Below are positions 26,089-36,163 of a DNA stretch of 44,174 bases, in pieces. The stretch covers positions 1 through 44,174 of IMG/VR virus record IMGVR_UViG_3300020045_010366. One strand, written 5' to 3'. Each line of letters starts with the position of its first letter. Position 1 is the stretch's first letter. The position numbers and the translations under genes are program-made. The notes beneath the pieces were generated by a model. The model did not search any database. It saw nothing but the letters and a program-made list of their open reading frames with translations, and had not been told where the DNA came from. Source of the DNA: a virus. Taxonomy: Duplodnaviria; Caudoviricetes.

Positions 26089-26670
26089 TTATAAGTTTCA
26101 TTCTGTATATTGTTTAATAAGATATTTTTGTAATCTAATTGCTTCATCTATTTTCTCTTCATATGTTTTTCATTCTAAATCATTTTCTTCTAAAATTATA
26201 GAGGCTTTTGAATATAGTTGTTCTGGTATCACTGTCTGTATTTCTATTCTTGACATATTCTTAATTAAAATAGTAAAATTTGGTGGTATTTCTGTATTTC
26301 TTATAAAGAAAGAAGAAAGAAGAGCGTCTAATTCTTCATCTGTCCATCTCCCCACTTCGTATTCATAACATCAACTGTCGTGTAACCACACTCAATATAA
26401 TCACATTATTTCATATCACATTTGTTCTAATATTCTAGCATATAGCGACAGTTGTAAAGCAAGTTTTTTTAGTTTCTCTGTTGGTTTAGGTGGGGAGCCA
26501 TTCTTATTAAGTTTTTGTTCTAATCAGAAAGCTTTCTTTGTTATTTCCCACGATTTTAAATCAAATAGAATAGCTTTTTTTTCTTCTTCATTTATTAGCA
26601 CTATATCACAAGTTCATTGAAATAAATCGTTTTTATCTTTAAAATAAACCTCTGTTTTAACTTCCCACAT
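26089..26670 (-). CDS. PD-(D/E)XK exonuclease, C-terminal part
   Basis: KTEVYF..FQGTCDIV..LFDFKS..LQLSLYA. Confidence 0.8.
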
Positions 26671-26673
26671 ATA

Positions 26674-27108
26674 TTATATATTTAATTCTAAACTTCTTTC
26701 TATACTCCGTCATAATTTCTTATATCTTTGGTGGGTTCTTTTATAATCTTTTCATAATTCAATACACCAATCTTTTAGACATTGAGTTTTTCAATTATAT
26801 GTGAAATGAATTGTTTTACTAGTATTTCTCATCTGTTCTCATTTAGTAACCCATCTACAGTTTTCTTTATAATATCATTTTGTATTATCTATTCTATCTA
26901 TAGATGTATCTATTTCTCAAAAATTTAAAACGTGAAATAAATAATCTATATACATATCATCTTTGAATTTTAAAAAACTTTTCCATTCATTACATATTGT
27001 CAGATGAGAATAATGTTTTATATCGTATTTAGATTGTCATTTAACTCTTTTATTCATTACTTGCCAAATTTTAAAAAATCTAGTTTTCCGCATTCAGTGT
27101 ATAGTCAT
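26674..27108 (-). CDS. HNH homing endonuclease inserted in the exonuclease gene
   Basis: HGMRKTRFFKIW..CNEWKSF..F..DM..SIDRIDNTKGYYKENCRWVT..EQ.RN. Confidence 0.9.
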
Positions 27109-27405
27109 TTATTTTAATTTATATGTTATTTTAAGCTCATCTATCCATTGTTTTCATCAATCAATTTCATTATTTATATATTCATATAAAGGAGAAACAT
27201 ATTCAGTTCAACACATATAATGTTCCATAGTTAGATGAATTTCCGTTCACCGTGTGGTGGCAATATTCATATAATCTTTCTGTTTTATCCCTTTTCATTC
27301 CAACCAAGAAACAAATCTTGCTTCTGAATTTTCATCAAATGGGTATTGATATGAAACTATATCAGACACTCTAGGGATACCTTTTTTATATCATTCTGGA
27401 AGCAT
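27109..27405 (-). CDS. PD-(D/E)XK exonuclease, N-terminal part
   Basis: PRVSDIV..W..ATTRGTEIHLTMEHY. Confidence 0.8.
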
Positions 27406-28079
27406 TATTTATCTATATTTAATATTAATGGTATTCAGTCGCCGTATTCTAAATTATCACAAAATATAACTCATTCTATATATTCTATTGTATTAACGTG
27501 AGTATGTCCAACCACTTGTGTTAAAAACATATATGTAGGTTCTTCTTCTAATTCTTTTTTATCTGTCCATAGTGGTCAACTACATTCATCGCGTCATCAT
27601 CTACTAGCTCAACACATAAATAGCATTTCTCTATTATGTGTCTGTAATAATCTATTATAATCTTCATACTCTGTTATTCAAAATACATCAATATTATCAA
27701 ATACATAATCTTCCCATTTCTCAGTAAATCAAGCGTGACTAAATAGATATTTTCATTCTTGATGACATATTTTAAATAGCGATAGATTATCGCTAAATAT
27801 TAGTTTTAATATTGGTTTCATACTAGTTCTATTTCCACTACATCAATGTCATTCGTATATATAACTTATGTCGTGGTTTCATAAGAGAAGAACTACGTCT
27901 TCTTTATGAGCTTTCTTATAATCAATAATTTCATTTAAATTATTAAAAATATCACTGTCTGGTGCAATGAAACTATCTACATAATCTCATAAGAAAATAG
28001 TCTTATCTGGCTTATGTTCTTCTATAAGTTTTTTCCATACATTTAGTCAATGGATATCGCCCAGTACTAATATTTTCAT
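27405..28079 (-). CDS. Calcineurin-like metallophosphoesterase
   Basis: GDIHG, FLGDYVDS, LLGNHD, SHAG, VGHTH. Confidence 0.92.
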
Positions 28080-28216
28080 TTTTTAAAAAGGTTTCAAAAT
28101 AAATCCTCAATAGAGGGTGGATTTTTAGAAGCATTCTGTTCACAAGCTACACAACAATATTGTTTATTAGGGCTAAAATATCATATATTTTCTCCACAAG
28201 TAAGGCATTTATTCAT
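28067..28216 (-). CDS. Small Zn-ribbon protein
   Basis: CLTCG...YCCVAC. Confidence 0.55.
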
Positions 28217-28622
28217 TTGTTTTTATGTTAATTACACTTTCCAGTCTTTCTAAAAAATAAGATTTATATTCTGTTTTTATACTAGATACATTCATTAATA
28301 TATTCTTTATGTGTGGAACAGATAAGTCTTTAAGAGGAACGAAAACCATCTCTCATTTTCCATTTTCTCATCTAGTTCCCCATAAATTGTTTTCTGTTTT
28401 AGATAAATCGTCCGCCATTGTAAGTCATTCAGCATTATATTTACTATATCCATTTAGTTTTCATTCATTATCAAATTGATATGTAAGTGAATAATCAGGA
28501 TATTGCTTATATGTTTTGAATTCGTTTCAAGTGAAACGATTTGTATACTTATCTATCTCATCATCATATTCAAACAACACACCATCGTAATCTCCCATTA
28601 TTTCTATATATTTTATTGTCAT
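28209..28622 (-). CDS. Phage hypothetical protein
   Basis: WGTRGENG....PLKDLS..HIKNIL. Confidence 0.65.
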
Positions 28623-28738
28623 AATTCTTTATAATAATTATTTATTTTCTTTCTATTACATTTCCATTTCTTTATTTTTCTTTCCCGTCATTTTATTATT
28701 CTTTTTATTTGTCAGTTTATCATTACACTCATAAATAT

Positions 28739-28767
28739 TTAATAATAATATAATTCACAGTTGTCAA
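28739..28767 (-). promoter_or_regulatory. Possible sigma70-type promoter downstream of the tRNA array
   Basis: TTGACA followed by AT-rich TATTAT/TATTAA boxes; -10 register ambiguous. Confidence 0.4.
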
Positions 28768-28810
28768 ACTAAAAGAGCTAGTGAGACTGCTTTTGCCTTT
28801 CTGTATTGTT

Positions 28811-28900
28811 TGGTGTACTGTGTTAGAATTGAACTAATCGGTAGCCTCCTAACTTATTTTATACCAATCGATTTACAGTCGACCGCTAGGAACACAGAAC
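28811..28900 (-). tRNA. Atypical tRNA-Tyr(GUA): no D-arm, enlarged variable arm
   Basis: GUUCUGU/ACAGUAC-A-CCA acceptor, UCGA-CUGUAAA-UCGA anticodon arm, UUAG-UUCAAUU-CUAA T-arm. Confidence 0.7.
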
Positions 28901-28901
28901 C

Positions 28902-28990
28902 TGGTCTCCATAGAAGGAGTTGCACCCTCACCGCCCTATCGGGCAACCAGTTTCTAAGACTGGCGTGTCTACTAATTTCACCATATGGAG
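28902..28990 (-). tRNA. tRNA-Leu(UAG)
   Basis: CUCCAUA/UAUGGAG-A-CCA; CCAGU-CUUAGAA-ACUGG; long variable arm. Confidence 0.9.
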
Positions 28991-28991
28991 A

Positions 28992-29081
28992 TGGAGGATG
29001 AAGTTGGATTTGAACCAACGGCAACATTTCTGCTACACAGCTTTAGCAAAGCTGAACAATAAACCACTCTGACATTCATCC
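28992..29081 (-). tRNA. tRNA-Ser(GCU)
   Basis: GGAUGAA/UUCAUCC-U-CCA; CAGCU-UUGCUAA-AGCUG; long variable arm. Confidence 0.92.
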
Positions 29082-29083
29082 TT

Positions 29084-29159
29084 TGGTCTGCGAGTTGAGA
29101 TTTGAACTCAAAATCCACCCTTCCAGGGAGCGAGTGATAACCAATTTCACTACTCACAG
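29084..29159 (-). tRNA. tRNA-Pro(UGG)
   Basis: CUGUGAG/CUCGCAG-A-CCA; CGCUC-CCUGGAA-GGGUG; UUGAG-UUCAAAU-CUCAA. Confidence 0.85.
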
Positions 29160-29163
29160 AAAA

Positions 29164-29589
29164 TTAATTATACCAATTAAAATCAATACTAGTTTTAATA
29201 AAATGACAATTTGCACATCTTATTTCACATTTAGCTATTTCTTGATATATTAAAGTTTCAGAATATCATCTTCATACTAATTCTGATACATTATATATTT
29301 TTCATCACATATGGTCAAATTGTAATGCGGCTGGATTTTCATTATAACCACAATCTTTACATCATTTTGATAATTTTAAACTATTTATATCTGACATAAA
29401 CTTCTTTATTCTAAGTCTCTGTTTATTATATTTAGTATCTTTCTGTATTTTTGTCCTATTTTTATGATAATTATTATCATAAATTCTTTTACAATCCTTA
29501 CATTTATTTTGTAATCCATCATTATTTCTACTATGTATTCAAAATTCAGATAAGTCTTTACTATTTTTACAACTATAACAAACTTTCAT
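29164..29589 (-). CDS. HNH endonuclease within the tRNA array
   Basis: CYSC..DGLQNKCKDC..GCKDCGYNENPAALQFDH..EIAKCEIRCANCH. Confidence 0.9.
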
Positions 29590-29619
29590 TTATAATTAAC
29601 TACTTAAATAAATTTTATT

Positions 29620-29691
29620 TGCAGGATTATGGATTTGCACCACACCTTAACTCCCAATGAGTTATGTTCTACTGATTAAACTATTTCCTGC
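29620..29691 (-). tRNA. Degenerate tRNA-like element (nominal UUG anticodon, no CCA)
   Basis: GCAGGA/UCCUGC acceptor with bulge, GUUU/GAAC D-stem, UAACU-CAUUGGG-AGUUA, UGUGG-UGCAAAU-CCAUA. Confidence 0.55.
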
Positions 29692-29694
29692 ATA

Positions 29695-30070
29695 AATTGC
29701 CTTTTTTAGAAGAGGCATAACTTCACCCGACAGATAGGCTTTCTTTACGTCTGTCATTTTATAGCCTTAGGACGCTATCCTATTTATTCGGGTGTGCTAT
29801 GCCTCCGCTCTTTAGTTTTTATATAGCGTATTAAAGTGCTACGCTTATTACCTAGCTCGTATTGGGACGAACCCACTAGGATTTTCGCATAACATTCAGT
29901 ATTGATTAGTTTTAACCCACTGAATGTTACCATATTCAATTAACTACTTCCTCCTACATACATTATATGTACAGGGGAAATTTGTAGTGGTCATTTCCTA
30001 CCATTTTAATCCTTTACAAAACTAATAAAAGTAGAGTATGGGCGAGTGGTGAAAAATAAAAACGACCGAT
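29695..30070. ncRNA. Multi-stem structured non-coding region, class unknown
   Basis: GC-elevated intergenic block with at least five stems (29712-29805, 29823-29848, 29851-29880, 29890-29929, 29943-29988). Confidence 0.5.
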
Positions 30071-30121
30071 ATTAAAAGGGGTTATTATTCTACACTGACA
30101 GTTTTGGTTCATATCTAGGAA

Positions 30122-30697
30122 CTAACTAAAAGGAATATCTTCTACAGATATTTCTTCTCAATTTCACTCAGCTGGCTTCCCAAATTTATCTCTTATCCTT
30201 GTGATAAAGAACTCATTAGCTTCACTGTCATCAGACGAAACATATTCTCATTTCTTATTATTTATCACTTCCACTTCTGGATGCTCAAATTTTGTCATCC
30301 AAAAATAATCCTCATTCACTGTTATTGTTTTTCAGTCTTTAGTAGTTATTTTTTTCTTTTTATCTGAATTAGTAATAGAAATTGATTTAAATCAACCTTT
30401 ATTAATAAATGTGTACATTTCTATATTTTCTCAAATATTAGAATTAAGAATACTGTGCATAGCCTGTCTAAATAATTTTCATCATTCAATACTAAATGCT
30501 ACACTTTGTTCATTTTCAAAAACTATATTAACATTAGCAGGTATTGTAACATTTTTTCATTCTTTTGTTACAACATCTTTAGGGGCGTTGTAAAACACCC
30601 CTTTTAATGTTCAAGATAGTTTATTTGTTTCCTCGTCCTTAGTTTTAAAACTAGGCTTGTCTTCTTTTGCTCACTTCCTAAATTGGTAATATTTCAT
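30122..30697 (-). CDS. Single-stranded DNA-binding protein (putative)
   Basis: Acidic tail EEISVEDIPFS*; located in the replication region. Confidence 0.65.
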
Positions 30698-30724
30698 TTT
30701 TACTATTCTTGTTTAATTGTTAAA

Positions 30725-30970
30725 TTAGGCAACTACTAGATTGCTAGTTTTTTTACCAGATACACCTAATTGTTCTTTTAAGTCTTCTAGGTTATCCATT
30801 TTTAAATCCATTCATTGGCTATTACCTCTATAAATATCATTTACAGCATTCATAGTATCTCTTCCAAAGTTAGCAAAATGTAACATTCTAATTGCATTTT
30901 CTTGACTCATTGTAACAGTAACATCACCATTAGTAGCTTCATCTATATCGTTCACGCTTAATATTGTCAT
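30725..30970 (-). CDS. Hypothetical protein
   Basis: 81-aa ORF. Confidence 0.6.
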
Positions 30971-30986
30971 ATTGTTTTATAATTAA

Positions 30987-31409
30987 CTAATAAATATTTA
31001 TCAAGTCACTGGTTTTAAAATAAATCCAGCCTTTCTTCTTATCAATTCACCTATCCCAGCGTTGTAGTACATATTCTTTTCTTGGTAAATATTCAAGAGG
31101 CTTTATATAAAATAGTCAGTCCTCATACAGAAATAGAAATAATGTTTCTTCTCAACTGGTGTAATATTTGTTCCGAGCCTCTCACAATTTATTTGCCCCA
31201 ATAAGTGTATCTTCATATAAGCTAGAAGTACACCTTCTTGTTTTAAGCTCTATATGTATAGGGATATTCTCCTTATTGGTTATAATAAAATCGTGTACAT
31301 CGGTGCTTTCCGTTCTGTGTACCTTATATCATAATTTAATTAGATATTCTAATATCTTTTCTTCTCCTTCTATTCAAAAATTGTAGTCTTTTAGGAATTT
31401 ATTACTCAT
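30987..31409 (-). CDS. PD-(D/E)XK endonuclease
   Basis: GIEGEEKI..HDFII..IELKTRR..DTLIGANK. Confidence 0.75.
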
Positions 31410-31938
31410 TGTCTATCAATTTTATTAAACATTCTACAGGGTTATTTCAGCTTAATATTTTACAGGACGGAGTAGGAAAAAACCATTTAAAATCTCTTTT
31501 CCTTTTTACTATATCATCCTTTCTATCTCATCTATATATCATTCTTTTTTCCTGTTCTTCTGGGGTTATTTCTAAGAAATATGTTTCAAATTCAATTCAT
31601 TTTCTTACAAAGAACTCACTAGCCATCTCTCTACCAACTGGGTCTAATATTAAAATAATATTTCTATCATCTTTTCATTCATAACAATTTAATATTCAAT
31701 ACCAATTTCATCAATAGTTAGTATGTTCTAAGAAGTCTCATTTATCTAATTTAAAGAAAAATTGTTCTTTAGTTAAAAAGATATATTCATCTAATTCATA
31801 GTCTCATCTAGCTTCTCTTGTTGTACAGTTTAATGGTCTAACCCATCTTTCTGTGTCAATTAGCTTTTCTTGTATTGTTGTTTTACCACTTCAACTTGGT
31901 CAACAAATAATAGCTATTCTTCTTTTCTTATTTGTCAT
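31402..31938 (-). CDS. gmk: Guanylate kinase-like nucleotide kinase
   Basis: GPSGSGKTT, TTREAR..E..YIF, FLEHTNYGGNWYG, DPVG. Confidence 0.88.
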
Positions 31939-31978
31939 TTTAAATAATTAATGTATATTTCCTCTTTTGCATATTATA

Positions 31979-32006
31979 ACTATATTAAAAAAATGGAACC
32001 TGTCAA
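31979..32006 (-). promoter_or_regulatory. sigma70-type promoter upstream of the kinase
   Basis: TTGACA-16 nt-TATAGT. Confidence 0.55.
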
Positions 32007-32193
32007 AACTTTTTTTAAAAATCTTTTATTCAATAAATAACTCATATAAAATATACAGATAATACTAAGCATAGAAACCACAAAAATGTAACTATGTTTT
32101 TATTTTCTTTTTTTATTAAATCAATAATTTGATTTAAAGATATAACATATATTATAAATATCAATATTGTATTCATTTTCTATTGTTTTAAAA

Positions 32194-33870
32194 TTAAATT
32201 TTCTTAAAAGAAGTTTTGGTTGAATTACTATTCCCCTCAAAATCCTCAGCCATATTAAATGTAGCACTAGCATAGTCGACGTTTAAAAGAAACGTAGTAC
32301 CAGCTTTTCAGAATTTGTTTTTAGCTATTGTTAAATAGCGTTCTCATTCCTTTGCCCATAAAGACAAGATAACGTCTGATGAAGCGAATAAGGCTCAAGA
32401 ACCTTTAGGCATCATATTTTCACCACCAACAAATCTACTTTCATTATTTACTTGTGATAAATTAATTAATGTAGTTCACGTTATAATGCCTAATTTTTGC
32501 ATTCTAAGAGCTATATCTGATATCTTCTCATATTCAGACCCTTTAGCTTCTATTATCTGCACAAAATCAATTATAGCTATATCTGGGGCGTCTGCTTTTA
32601 TCTTTCATTCTATAGCTTCAATGGAACGAATATTATCATATATTTCTATATATTGTTCTAAATAAGAAGTGTCGATTTCGTTTATGTTTTTAATGATGTA
32701 GTCTCTATCTTTTTGCATAAGAGCAGACAGGAGTTCAATAATAAGCATTCACGTATCAATTTCTAAACTATAGAAATGTATTTTCTTTTTTGTTTTTATT
32801 AGTTCTCTACATAGAGAATACGCAAAACGAGTCTTTCATACATTAGAAAAAGCCATAACCAAATATGTTTTTCATCGGATAAATCATCAAGTGTATTGGT
32901 CTATTAATGGATAACCAGAACTAACCCCTAAGCGTCATCAATTTTGTTCATATAATTTCTTATATACCTTAGCTTTTTCTATTGCTAGTCATATATTTGT
33001 CATTGGCTTTTTTGCTTCGGCGAATATTGTAATCATAACTTCTTCACCTATTTTAAATGACGTTAATAATTCATTAATATCCTTCACTCAATAATCTCTT
33101 AAAGAGAAAATATAGGCTTTTATTCAAGCTTCTTCAATCATTTTTAAGCATTTTTCTCACGCCTCATCATTGTCTGGCACTAAATATATTAAATATTTCC
33201 CACTCAATTCTTTTAACATTCTTATCTGGTCTTCATTATTTGCATTAACTAGTCATACAACGTTAGTTGTATATTGTCTCAAACTTAGATAGTCGGCAAA
33301 TCATTCAACAACCACTATAGCTTTTTTTGTTTCATCTAAAGAGTTGAAAAATAATCAGTCTCATTTAGTTTCTTTCTCTATATAAAAAGCTTTTTTAGTT
33401 ATTGACCTACTTTGTAAAGAAATGTAATGTCATCAAGTAGAAAGAATAGGAATACATAAATTTCAATTATAGTTTTTTATCCGTGGAGTATCTTTAGAGA
33501 CGACTATTTCCCTATCTCTTAGATATTCTATCTGCTCGTCTGTAATTGGTCATAATGAGTCCCATATTCATTTAATATCTTTCTCTGTTTGCATTATTTC
33601 TTCTCTTTTAATATTAAATCTATCTACAAACCATTGCAGTGTATTTGGAAAATCTAATCATAATGTTTCACTAACAAATTTTATTCTGTCTCAGCTAGGT
33701 CTTCATTTTCAAGAGAAATCACTAACTATTCCTCTAATAAAATCTGCCCTATATCAATCTGTTAATTTATTTTCGTGATAAAGAAACCCAACTCTTCAAT
33801 TCTTTTTATATCTAATTCAAAGAGTGGATAATATTTGTTCAAGTGGGATAGAATTTATTTGCTCTTTCAT
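32194..33870 (-). CDS. Primase-helicase fusion (TOPRIM + DnaB-like)
   Basis: IVVEGFADYL, PDNDEAG, KDINE; AFSNVGKT, IIDFVQ, LSQVN, KGSG, IAKNKFG. Confidence 0.9.
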
Positions 33871-34020
33871 TTTATTAAAATTATTTAATATAATCACTAT
33901 AGTCTTCCTAATATAAATTATCTGAATAGTTATCCATATCCATATAATAATCCTCTGGACAATTATATTGTTTTTCTAATTCTTCTATATGAGACGTATC
34001 TTTTTCCATATATTATTTAG

Positions 34021-34284
34021 TTAAATAATAAATCACCAATTTAGAATAAACCATTCAGCATTTCTTATTGCTACTTTTTTAGGAGTAGAAAGCTCTTTAA
34101 TTAAATAACTTATAAGCCATTCTCTGAATTTATCTTCTATTTCTTTATTTGTATTATATTTTGTAAACCATTGTTCTTTTCATTCGCCAGAAGAAAGTAA
34201 TTTAGAATATGTGTTATCAATTCAATTTAACTCAAATTGCTTATTGATACATTCTTCTAAATTTTCTTCTTTAAACTGTTTCAT
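34021..34284 (-). CDS. Hypothetical protein
   Basis: 87-aa Trp-rich ORF. Confidence 0.6.
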
Positions 34285-34299
34285 ATATACCTTTATTTA

Positions 34300-34638
34300 T
34301 TAAAATAATGTACCTATTTGAGGTATTTATATCTTTTCCTACACTTATATCATCTAGTGTATTATCATCTCTTAAATAGCATATAATTTATCTTTCATTT
34401 TTTCTATACATTCTTTATAATCTTTTCAAAGAACACATATAAATGTATAGTTTCATTTAACATAACTAATAGAATGATTATATATTCACCCTCATAAAAA
34501 GGAATTATATTGTATATGATAATTTCAATTAAGAAAATATCTTTTATCTTTCCATCTCATAAAAATCTCTTTAGGGAGTCAATTTATATCAAGAGATAAT
34601 GATAGTGTTGGAATTCAACTAAAGCATTTTAATTTCAT
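34300..34638 (-). CDS. Hypothetical protein
   Basis: 112-aa ORF. Confidence 0.55.
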
Positions 34639-34662
34639 AATATTAATTTATTAATAAATATT

Positions 34663-34854
34663 TTATATTTCTTCAAATCATATAGCTCAAGACACTAATG
34701 TTATAATGATTATAACAATTAAATACATTGCTCTTATTGGTAAATCCCAAGTTCAATAATTAAAATTAATATTCCAAGTAATAAAAAATATAGATAAGTG
34801 AAATATAATTTGTATTATAATAAAAAATGTTAATGTTTTTATATATTTATTCAT
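34663..34854 (-). CDS. Small two-TM membrane protein
   Basis: Two hydrophobic stretches in 63 aa. Confidence 0.55.
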
Positions 34855-34864
34855 AATTTATAAT

Positions 34865-35590
34865 TTATAAGCTACTAAATTTTAACAGAGCGTTAGTTTG
34901 TTTTATCCACGCATAAAGAGAAAATCTATGAGAAGCATAATCGTTTCTTTGGTCTCTTCTGTTTATATCGGCAAAATAATTCATTATAGCTCTATTAAAT
35001 GTTTCCTTGTCATATTTATTTCGCTCAGCAAACCATAGTTCATTTAGTGAATCCCAAGATTTCAGTCCCTTCTTTCATATAAAAGGAATAAGAGAGTATT
35101 TGACTGGTAGATTATTCCGCCAATCAATTATTTGTTCTGTACTAACGTCATTTAAATCAGTTTTTATCTTCTCTTTTTTCTTTTTATTTGTCTTCGGAGA
35201 AGAAAGAGTATTATTATTTATATTTATTATATTATTATTGTGTGTCGTTTCGACTCACTCAGCTGTGTCGTTTCGACTCACTAACTGAGTTGTTTCGACT
35301 CACTGTGTTAAATCGACTCACTCTAATATATTTTCTCTATAACAAAGCTCCCATAATTCAGTTGTTTTGTCGCCGTCTTCATCTAATATTCATTTAATAA
35401 TAAGTCTATTAATTATTAGTAATATATTTTTACGAGTTATTCAAAAGAAATCAGATAAATATGTTTTATTAATACTCCCTGTAAATCTATTAGAATGTGA
35501 TATATAATATATTGTATCAGCAATAGCATATTCATTCATAGATAATCAAAGCTCTTTTCTTTTTATATGGTTTATTGTAGTGAATTGCAT
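34865..35590 (-). CDS. Replication initiator (lambda O-like wHTH)
   Basis: ELGLSMNEYAI..YLSDFFGITRKNIL..INRL..KGIL; internal iterons and Asn/Lys-rich linker. Confidence 0.8.
35241..35323. repeat. Four iterons, probable replication origin
   Basis: tgtgtcgtttcgactcact x2, tgagttgtttcgactcact, tgtgttaaatcgactcact; AT-rich tract adjacent at about 35205-35240. Confidence 0.85.
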
Positions 35591-35619
35591 ATTTTATTTA
35601 TTAATAAATAACTATTCTT

Positions 35620-35647
35620 ATAGTAATAAAAATAAAGAACTTGTCAA
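35620..35647 (-). promoter_or_regulatory. sigma70-type promoter upstream of the initiator
   Basis: TTGACA-16 nt-TACTAT. Confidence 0.55.
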
Positions 35648-35664
35648 AAGAATATTTTCTTTTC

Positions 35665-36147
35665 TTATGATAAAGATTTAGTAAAATTATTCAACCATTC
35701 TCTATATTTTTCTAGCTCATCACTTTTCATATTAATAGAAAGTTTCTTTTTATTATTTAAAACTATATATCAAGGATTTTTTAATCATCAAGAAATTATT
35801 TCAGTTGTATTATTTTCTCCATTCCAACTTATAGCTAGAACATCATTTTTTTCATTTATAAGGATACAATTACTTCAATTAGTATGTCAGTAAGGGAAGT
35901 GAAGAAAAAGAAGCTCTAAGCTCGAATTATAGTCTAATCAATTAAATGATGGACTTTTACTTTCATTGTCTTGTATGAGTCTTCTAAATTCTCTTATATC
36001 ATTTTTATGTGGTATGGTTAATTTTATAGAGTTTCATATAATATTATATGAAAATGTTTCTCAAATAATATATGCAGTATCTATTGTTAGATGTTTTTCT
36101 CAATATACTAAATTACTAACAGCTTCGTATAATTCTTTTTTATTCAT
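35665..36147 (-). CDS. Hypothetical protein, possibly a degenerate class II GATase
   Basis: LFLHFPYGHTNG..LAISWNG echoes GHFRWGTAG..LFHNG; no N-terminal Cys. Confidence 0.45.
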
Positions 36148-36163
36148 AATTATTATTAATATA

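Noticed and set aside
26671-27111. Group I intron or intein around the HNH
   Set aside because: No non-coding flanks for a ribozyme core, stops on both sides, and no Cys/Ser...His-Asn splice motifs
29620-29691. tRNA-Gly(UCA) supporting the recoding
   Set aside because: UCA is not centred in the 7-nt loop; the central triplet is UUG and CCA is missing
29755-29790. Twister or pistol ribozyme (GUCCUAAG, UAAAUAG words on the minus strand)
   Set aside because: Short words match but I could not place the required partner strands in the right order; left as unknown ncRNA
35241-35323. Mini CRISPR array
   Set aside because: Repeats are nearly abutting with no spacers and lie inside the initiator gene, as iterons do
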